Virus record (IMG/VR): IMGVR_UViG_2634166457_000015
From: a virus
Taxonomy: Duplodnaviria; Heunggongvirae; Uroviricota; Caudoviricetes
Length of the DNA: 4,570 bases
Reading direction: 5' to 3' (one strand)
Shown: in pieces, positions 1 to 4,570 of the stretch
Layout: each line of letters opens with the position of its first letter
Position numbering within the stretch: position 1 is the first letter of the stretch
The notes under the pieces: generated by a model
Seen by the model: the letters and a program-made list of their open reading frames with translations, nothing else
Database searches by the model: none
Told to the model about the DNA's origin: nothing
Program-made: the position numbers and the translations under genes

Positions 1-63
1 AGCGTCACGGATAACGTCCGGTACAGTGATTTCAGTTGTACAATTGAACAGGTGGTGAACTGA
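1..63 (+). CDS. M: 3' end of minor tail protein M gene (partial; last 20 codons plus stop)
   Basis: Frame 1 is open from base 1 and translates to SVTDNVRYSDFSCTIEQVVN, then TGA at 61..63. The stop overlaps the L start by one base (TGATG), the coupling arrangement I recall for lambda M/L. The C-terminal ..EQVVN matches my recollection of lambda gpM. Only 20 residues are visible, so family assignment is weak. Confidence 0.55.
   Translation, partial: SVTDNVRYSDFSCTIEQVVN
50..58 (+). promoter_or_regulatory. Shine-Dalgarno-like element for L (AGGTGGTGA)
   Basis: A purine-rich AGGTGG lies about 7 nt upstream of the ATG at 63, inside the end of M. Confidence 0.5.
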
Positions 64-761
64 TGCAGGATATCCGGCAGGAAACACTGAATGAATGCAC
101 CCGTGCGGAGCAGTCGGCCAGCGTGGTGCTCTGGGAAATCGATCTGACAGAGGTTGGTGGAGAACGTTATTTTTTCTGTAATGAGCTGAATGAAAAAGGG
201 GAGCCGGTCACCTGGCAGGGGCGTAAGTATGAGGCATACCCGATTGACGGCAGCGGCTTTGAGATGAACGGCCGGGGCAGCAGTGCCCGCCCGTCGCTGA
301 CGGTGTCCAATCTGTTTGGCCTTGTCACCGGGATGGCGGAGGACCTGCAGAGTCTGGTGGGGGCCACGGTGGTCCGCCGCCGGGTGTATGCCCGTTTTCT
401 GGATGCGGTGAATTTCGTTGCGGGCAATCCGGAGGCGGACCCGGAGCAGGAGCTGAGTGACCGCTGGGTGGTGGAGCAGATGTCGCAGCTGACAGCCATG
501 ACGGCCTCGTTTGTGCTGGCTACACCGACCGAGACGGACGGAGCGCTGTTTCCCGGTCGCATCATGCTGGCGAACACCTGTATGTGGGATTACCGGGGAG
601 ATGAATGCGGGTATAACGGTCCTGCGGTGGCGGATGAGTTCGATAAACCCACCACCGATATCCGTAAGGACAGATGCAGCAAGTGCATGCGCGGGTGTGA
701 GATGCGCGGCATGGTGGCTAATTTTGGCGGTTTCCTTTCCATTAACAAACTTTCGCAGTAA
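63..761 (+). CDS. L: Tail tip assembly protein L (gpL family, with C-terminal Fe-S cysteine cluster)
   Basis: Complete 232-aa ORF, ATG 63 to TAA 759..761. The N-terminus MQDIRQETLNECTRAEQSASVVLWEIDLTEVGGERYFFCNE and C-terminus GNFGGFLSINKLSQ are recognisable as lambda gpL from memory. Cysteines at residues 173, 182, 205, 208 and 212 (nt 579..698). It sits between M and K as expected. Confidence 0.93.
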   Translation: MQDIRQETLNECTRAEQSASVVLWEIDLTEVGGERYFFCNELNEKGEPVTWQGRKYEAYPIDGSGFEMNGRGSSARPSLTVSNLFGLVTGMAEDLQSLVGATVVRRRVYARFLDAVNFVAGNPEADPEQELSDRWVVEQMSQLTAMTASFVLATPTETDGALFPGRIMLANTCMWDYRGDECGYNGPAVADEFDKPTTDIRKDRCSKCMRGCEMRGMVANFGGFLSINKLSQ

Positions 762-766
762 ATCCA

Positions 767-1510
767 ATGACACAGACAGAATCAGCGATTCTGGCGCATG
801 CCCGGCGGTGTGTGCCTGCGGAGTCGTGCGGCTTCGTGGTGAGAACGCCGGAGGGGGAGCGGTATATCCCTTGTGTGAATATCTCTGCAGAGCCGGAGGC
901 GTATTTTCGTATTGCACTGGAAGACTGGCTGCGGGCAGAGATGCAGGGGGAGATTGTGGCACTGGTCCACAGTCATCCCGGTGGTCTGCCCTGGCTGAGC
1001 GAGGCCGACCGGCGGCTGCAGATAAAAAGTGCACTGTCCTGGTGGCTGGTCTGCCGGGGGGAAATTCATAAATTCCGCTGTGTGCCACATCTGACAGGAC
1101 GGCGCTTTGAGCACGGGGTGACGGACTGTTACACGCTGTTCCGGGATGCCTACCATCTGGCGGGAATTGATATGCCGGATTTTGAGCGTGAGGATGACTG
1201 GTGGCGCAACGGTCAGAACCTTTACCTGGACAATATGGCGGTCACCGGCTTTTACCGGGTGCCCCTGTCCTCTGCACAGGCGGGCGATATCCTGCTGTGC
1301 TGCTTTGGCGCATCGGTGGCCAATCATGCCGCCATTTACTGCGGCAACGGTGAACTGCTTCACCATCTGCCTGAACAACTGAGTAAACGGGAGAGGTATT
1401 CCGAAAAATGGCAACGACGAACGCATTCTGTCTGGCGTCACCGCCACTGGCACGCATCTGCCTTCACGGGGATTTGCAACGATTTGGCCGCCGCCTCAGC
1501 CTGTATGTGA
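767..1510 (+). CDS. K: Tail tip assembly protein K (JAMM/MPN metallopeptidase-like domain fused to NlpC/P60-like domain)
   Basis: 247-aa ORF, ATG 767 to TGA 1508..1510. A JAMM-type motif HSHPGGLPWLSEAD (H-x-H-x7-S-x2-D) lies at nt 968..1009. An NlpC/P60-type Cys sits in DCYTLF (Cys codon 1127..1129), with His residues in NHAAIY and ELLHH downstream. The start is only 5 nt after the L stop and has no clear SD, so translation is probably coupled. The 3' end overlaps I by 103 nt. Confidence 0.88.
   Translation: MTQTESAILAHARRCVPAESCGFVVRTPEGERYIPCVNISAEPEAYFRIALEDWLRAEMQGEIVALVHSHPGGLPWLSEADRRLQIKSALSWWLVCRGEIHKFRCVPHLTGRRFEHGVTDCYTLFRDAYHLAGIDMPDFEREDDWWRNGQNLYLDNMAVTGFYRVPLSSAQAGDILLCCFGASVANHAAIYCGNGELLHHLPEQLSKRERYSEKWQRRTHSVWRHRHWHASAFTGICNDLAAASACM
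1389..1396 (+). promoter_or_regulatory. Shine-Dalgarno-like element for I (GGGAGAGG), inside the K coding sequence
   Basis: A purine-rich GGGAGAGG lies about 11 nt upstream of the ATG at 1408. The spacing is on the long side. Confidence 0.35.
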
Positions 1511-2088
1511 ACACGGCAGCGGAAGCCATCCGGGCGCTGTCGATGCAGATACCGGGATTCCGCCGTCAGATGAACGAAGGCTGGTACCAGATACGTATTG
1601 CCGGTGATGACACGGCACCGGAGGCGGTGTACGCCCGTCTTCACGAACAGCTGGGTGAGGGGGCGGTCATCCACATTGTGCCGCGACTGGCCGGGGCCGG
1701 AAAGGGTGGACTGCAGATTGTGCTGGGGGCGGCGGCCATCGTGGGGTCGTTCTTCACGGCCGGGGCATCAATGGCGTTATGGGGTTCAGCCCTGGCAGCC
1801 GGTGGTTTTTCTGCCACCACGATGCTGTTTTCACTGGGGGCCAGCATGATTCTGGGTGGTGTGGCTCAGATGCTGGCCCCGAAGGCTAAAGTACCGGAGT
1901 ACAAAAGCACGGATAACGGCAGACAGAACACGTACTTTTCCTCGCTGGATAACATGATTGCCCAGGGGAACCCGATGCCGGTGCCTTACGGTGAAATGCT
2001 GGTTGGCTCCCGGCGAATCTCCCAGGACATCAGCACCCGTGATGAAGGCGGTGACGGGAAGGTGGTGGTTATCGGGCGGCAGGCATAA
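1408..2088 (+). CDS. I: Tail tip assembly protein I (N-terminal ubiquitin-like beta-grasp domain, then Gly/Ala-rich hydrophobic segment)
   Basis: 226-aa ORF, ATG 1408 to TAA 2086..2088. ARICLHGDLQRFGRR, AEAIRAL, GAVIHIVPRLAGAGKGG, NTYFSSLDNMIAQGN, YGEMLVGSR and GKVVVIGR are recognisable as lambda gpI from memory. Its first 103 nt lie inside K in a different frame, the same overlap arrangement I recall for lambda K/I. Confidence 0.9.
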   Translation: MATTNAFCLASPPLARICLHGDLQRFGRRLSLYVNTAAEAIRALSMQIPGFRRQMNEGWYQIRIAGDDTAPEAVYARLHEQLGEGAVIHIVPRLAGAGKGGLQIVLGAAAIVGSFFTAGASMALWGSALAAGGFSATTMLFSLGASMILGGVAQMLAPKAKVPEYKSTDNGRQNTYFSSLDNMIAQGNPMPVPYGEMLVGSRRISQDISTRDEGGDGKVVVIGRQA

Positions 2089-2093
2089 AACAT

Positions 2094-2130
2094 AAAAAAT
2101 CCCGCAGTGCTCACGGACAGGAACTGCGGG
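2094..2130 (-). terminator. Intrinsic-terminator-like hairpin plus U-run, read on the minus strand
   Basis: CCCGCAGT (2101..2108) and ACTGCGGG (2123..2130) are exact reverse complements, giving an 8-bp stem with 6 G:C pairs and a 14-nt loop. On the minus-strand RNA the stem is followed by A-UUUUUU (plus-strand A-run 2094..2099). On the plus strand there is no U-run after it, so it is directional. The loop is longer than is typical for a terminator. Confidence 0.4.
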
Positions 2131-2190
2131 AGAGTTACGAAGATTAACTATAGAGAGTTATTCTTATGTCACGACAAAAAACATTAACGC
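2094..2190 (-). ncRNA. Candidate small RNA of about 95 nt, antisense to the late operon, in the I-J spacer (hypothetical)
   Basis: Bounded by the sigma70-like promoter at 2197..2224 (minus) and the hairpin/U-run at 2094..2130 (minus). It contains no ORF longer than a few codons. The region is AT-rich compared with the flanking genes. Sequence inference only. Confidence 0.2.
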
Positions 2191-2196
2191 AGAGAA

Positions 2197-2224
2197 ATTA
2201 TTAGCGCCACAGTCAGTGTGTGAA
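2197..2224 (-). promoter_or_regulatory. Candidate sigma70 promoter on the minus strand (-35 TTCACA, 16-nt spacer, -10 AATAAT)
   Basis: Read on the minus strand, TTCACA (plus 2224..2219) matches TTGACA at 5 of 6 positions and AATAAT (plus 2202..2197) matches TATAAT at 5 of 6, with a 16-nt spacer. The predicted start is near plus coordinate 2190, transcribing leftward. Found by eye and not scored. Confidence 0.25.
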
Positions 2225-2261
2225 AATGTGAAGATATTCAGAATTTTTATTCAGTCATGAT

Positions 2262-2295
2262 ACAGGCATCCTCCGGGATGCCTGTTGTTTTTGTG
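2262..2295 (+). terminator. Intrinsic-terminator-like hairpin plus U-run on the plus strand, 32 nt upstream of the J start
   Basis: ACAGGCATCC (2262..2271) and GGATGCCTGT (2276..2285) are exact reverse complements, giving a 10-bp stem with a 4-nt loop TCCG, followed directly by TGTTTTTGTG (2286..2295). This is the canonical rho-independent terminator shape. On the minus strand the hairpin is not followed by a U-run. Confidence 0.5.
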
Positions 2296-2314
2296 CGTAA
2301 CAGTTATCACAGTA

Positions 2315-2322
2315 AAGGGTGA
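2315..2322 (+). promoter_or_regulatory. Shine-Dalgarno-like element for J (AGGGTGAG)
   Basis: A purine-rich AAGGGTGAG ends 4 to 5 nt before the ATG at 2327. Confidence 0.5.
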
Positions 2323-2326
2323 GACA

Positions 2327-4570
2327 ATGGGCAAAGGTGGCGGCAAGGCGCACACGCCGGTAGAGGCAAAGGACAATCTTAAGTCCACGCAGATGATGAG
2401 CGTGATTGATGCCATTGGTGAAGGGCCGATTGAAGGTCCGGTGAAGGGGCTGCAGAGTATCCTGGTGAACAAAACCCCGCTGACGGACACGGACGGTAAT
2501 CCTGTGATACATGGTGTGACAGCGGTCTGGCGCGCCGGGGAGCAGGAGCAGACACCACCTGAAGGCTTTGAGTCCTCCGGGGCGGAAACCGCACTGGGCG
2601 TGGAAGTGACGAAGGCAAAGCCGGTGACGCGCACCATTACGTCCGCGAACATTGACCGCCTGCGGGTCACCTTCGGGGTGCAGTCACTGTTGGAGACCAC
2701 CTCAAAGGGCGACCGTAATCCCTCTTCTGTCCGACTGCTGATTCAGTTACAGCGTAACGGTAACTGGGTGACGGAAAAGGATGTCACCATTAACGGCAAG
2801 ACCACCTCGCAGTTTCTGGCGTCGGTGATTCTGGATAATCTGCCTCCCCGTCCTTTTAACATCCGGATGGTCCGGGAGACAGCGGACAGCACCTCGGACC
2901 AGCTGCAGAATAAGACGCTCTGGTCGTCATACACCGAAATCATCGATGTGAAACAGTGCTACCCGAACACGGCGATTGTGGGGCTGCAGGTGGATGCGGA
3001 GCAGTTTGGCGGTCAGCAGATGACGGTGAACTACCATATCCGCGGTCGCATCATCCAGGTACCGTCAAACTATGACCCGGAAAAACGCACGTACAGCGGC
3101 ATCTGGGACGGCAGCCTGAAACCGGCATACAGCAACAACCCGGCCTGGTGCCTGTGGGACATGCTGACTCACCCGCGCTACGGCATGGGAAAACGTCTGG
3201 GGGCGGCAGACGTGGACAAATGGGCGCTGTATGCCATTGCGCAGTACTGCGACCAGACGGTCCCGGATGGTTTCGGGGGCACAGAGCCGCGGATGACCTT
3301 TAATGCGTACCTGTCACAACAGCGTAAGGCGTGGGACGTTCTCAGTGATTTCTGCTCGGCGATGCGCTGTATGCCGGTATGGAACGGCCAGACGCTGACG
3401 TTCGTTCAGGACCGCCCGTCGGATGTGGTGTGGCCGTACACCAACTGCGATGTGGTGGTGGATGATAACGGCGTGGGGTTTCGCTACAGCTTCAGCGCCC
3501 TGAAGGACCGCCACACGGCGGTGGAGGTGAATTACACCGACCCGCAGAACGGCTGGCAGACCTCCACGGAACTGGTGGAAGACCCGGAAGCCATACTGCG
3601 CTACGGGCGCAACCTGCTGAAGATGGATGCGTTCGGTTGCACCAGTCGCGGTCAGGCCCACCGTGCCGGGCTGTGGGTGATAAAGACCGGACTGCTGGAA
3701 ACGCAGACGGTGGATTTCACGCTCGGGTCACAGGGGCTGCGTCACACACCCGGTGACATTATTGAAATCTGTGATAACGACTATGCCGGGACCATGACCG
3801 GCGGACGTATCCTGTCCATCGATGCCGCCAGCCGCACCCTGACACTGGACCGTGAGGTGACCCTGCCGGAGACAGGTACATCGACGGTGAACCTGATTAA
3901 CGGCAGCGGTAAGCCGGTGAGTGTGGACATCACCGCACACCCCGCGCCGGACCGGATACAGGTCAGTACCCTGCCGGATGGCGTGGCGACATACGGTGTG
4001 TGGGGACTCTCCCTGCCGTCACTGCGTCGTCGCCTGTTCCGCTGTGTTTCCATCCGGGAAAACACGGACGGCACCTTTGCCATCACGGCGGTGCAGCACG
4101 TACCGGAAAAAGAAGCCATCGTGGATAACGGGGCCAGCTTTGAGCCGCAGTCAGGCACCCTGAACAGCGTTATTCCACCGGCAGTGCAGCACCTCACGGT
4201 GGAGGTGAGCGCGGCTGACGGCCAGTATCTGGCACAGGCGAAATGGGACACGCCGCGGGTGGTGAAGGGGGTGCGCTTCAGTCTGCGACTGACCAGCGGA
4301 AGCGGAGAAGGCAGCCGTCTGGTGACCACCGCCATCACTGCGGATACAGAGCATCGTTTCAGTGGTCTGCCGCTCGGGGAATACACCCTGACAGTCAGGG
4401 CAATTAACAGTTATGGCCAGCAGGGCGAACCGGCCACCACCACGTTCAGGATTAATGCACCTGCGGTACCCGCCACGATTGAGCTGACACCGGGCTATTT
4501 TCAGATAACAGCGGTCCCGCGTCTTGCGGTGTATGACCCGACGGTACAGTTTGAGTTCTGGTTTTCGGAG
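2327..4570 (+). CDS. J: Host specificity protein J / central tail fibre (tip attachment protein), N-terminal 748 codons, truncated by the window edge
   Basis: ATG at 2327 opens a frame with no stop through base 4570 (2244 nt, exactly 748 codons). The translation begins [22 protein letters not shown] and contains [116 protein letters not shown] and [29 protein letters not shown], all recognisable as lambda gpJ from memory. It is missing from the ORF track only because it lacks an in-window stop. The C-terminal receptor-binding region lies outside the window. Confidence 0.95.
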   Translation, partial: MGKGGGKAHTPVEAKDNLKSTQMMSVIDAIGEGPIEGPVKGLQSILVNKTPLTDTDGNPVIHGVTAVWRAGEQEQTPPEGFESSGAETALGVEVTKAKPVTRTITSANIDRLRVTFGVQSLLETTSKGDRNPSSVRLLIQLQRNGNWVTEKDVTINGKTTSQFLASVILDNLPPRPFNIRMVRETADSTSDQLQNKTLWSSYTEIIDVKQCYPNTAIVGLQVDAEQFGGQQMTVNYHIRGRIIQVPSNYDPEKRTYSGIWDGSLKPAYSNNPAWCLWDMLTHPRYGMGKRLGAADVDKWALYAIAQYCDQTVPDGFGGTEPRMTFNAYLSQQRKAWDVLSDFCSAMRCMPVWNGQTLTFVQDRPSDVVWPYTNCDVVVDDNGVGFRYSFSALKDRHTAVEVNYTDPQNGWQTSTELVEDPEAILRYGRNLLKMDAFGCTSRGQAHRAGLWVIKTGLLETQTVDFTLGSQGLRHTPGDIIEICDNDYAGTMTGGRILSIDAASRTLTLDREVTLPETGTSTVNLINGSGKPVSVDITAHPAPDRIQVSTLPDGVATYGVWGLSLPSLRRRLFRCVSIRENTDGTFAITAVQHVPEKEAIVDNGASFEPQSGTLNSVIPPAVQHLTVEVSAADGQYLAQAKWDTPRVVKGVRFSLRLTSGSGEGSRLVTTAITADTEHRFSGLPLGEYTLTVRAINSYGQQGEPATTTFRINAPAVPATIELTPGYFQITAVPRLAVYDPTVQFEFWFSE

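Noticed and set aside
167-577. 136-aa minus-strand ORF inside L
   Set aside because: It is antisense to a confidently identified gene, has a low-complexity Ser/Arg/Ala-rich translation and no SD. This is typical of spurious ORFs on the reverse strand of GC-rich coding DNA.
594-602. RGD tripeptide in gpL (YRGDE)
   Set aside because: RGD is an integrin-binding motif in eukaryotic contexts. In a phage tail assembly protein it is almost certainly coincidental and sits within the Cys-cluster region.
511-1071. 186-aa plus-strand ORF spanning the L/K junction in an alternative frame
   Set aside because: It overlaps two well-supported genes out of frame. The translation is Arg/Cys/Gly-rich low complexity with no recognisable family features.
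782-1453. 223-aa minus-strand ORF antisense to K
   Set aside because: It lies entirely within K on the opposite strand, with no SD or promoter and an Arg/Pro-rich low-complexity translation. Antisense artefact.
1146-1849. Short plus- and minus-strand ORFs within K and I (1146..1382, 1242..1457, 1438..1674, 1598..1849, 1641..1847)
   Set aside because: They are alternative-frame or antisense ORFs nested in K and I with no independent support.
2166-2204. 12-codon mini-ORF (MSRQKTLTQRNY) in the I-J spacer
   Set aside because: It is too short and has only a weak GAGAG SD-like element. It could be a leader peptide but there is no evidence; it is treated as part of the noncoding spacer.
2089-2326. 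Possibility that the I-J spacer is a miniature transposable element with terminal inverted repeats
   Set aside because: The two hairpins are internal palindromes, not matching terminal inverted repeats of each other, and I could not identify flanking direct repeats. The evidence does not support a mobile element call.
3781-4386. 201-aa minus-strand ORF, and other shorter minus-strand ORFs (2251..2700, 3314..3661, 3728..3940, 4151..4354), antisense to J
   Set aside because: All lie inside the J coding region on the opposite strand, are Arg/Ser/Thr/Pro-rich and lack start-context signals. J was missed by the ORF track only because it has no in-window stop.
1-4570. Chi site (GCTGGTGG), CRISPR repeats, tRNA-like cloverleafs, attachment-site repeats
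   Set aside because: I scanned by eye and found only near-misses (for example CTGGTGG at 1039..1047 without the 5' G) and no repeated spacer-repeat structure or tRNA-like sequence. No computational scan was possible.

Overview
This window is the tail-tip module of a lambda-like siphovirus or enterobacterial lambdoid prophage, all on the + strand: the 3' end of M, then L (63..761), K (767..1510), I (1408..2088) and the first 748 codons of host-specificity gene J (2327..4570, running off the window). J is absent from the supplied ORF track only because it has no stop inside the window. Identification rests on reading the translations and recognising these protein families from memory; no search was run. 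Most of the window is therefore a well-known, conserved structural operon. The one region not explained by the genes is the 238-bp AT-rich spacer between I and J (2089..2326). It carries two intrinsic-terminator-like hairpins in convergent orientation and a sigma70-like promoter on the minus strand, which together make a candidate small-RNA locus of about 95 nt antisense to the late operon. This is the best candidate for something undescribed, but it is a sequence-only inference. The remaining findings are family-level features (Fe-S cysteines in L, JAMM plus NlpC/P60 in K, a ubiquitin-like domain ending in Gly-Gly in I, an FN3-like domain in J). The long minus-strand ORFs in the track are antisense artefacts of GC-rich coding sequence. 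No tRNA, CRISPR array, integrase, transposase or attachment site was seen.
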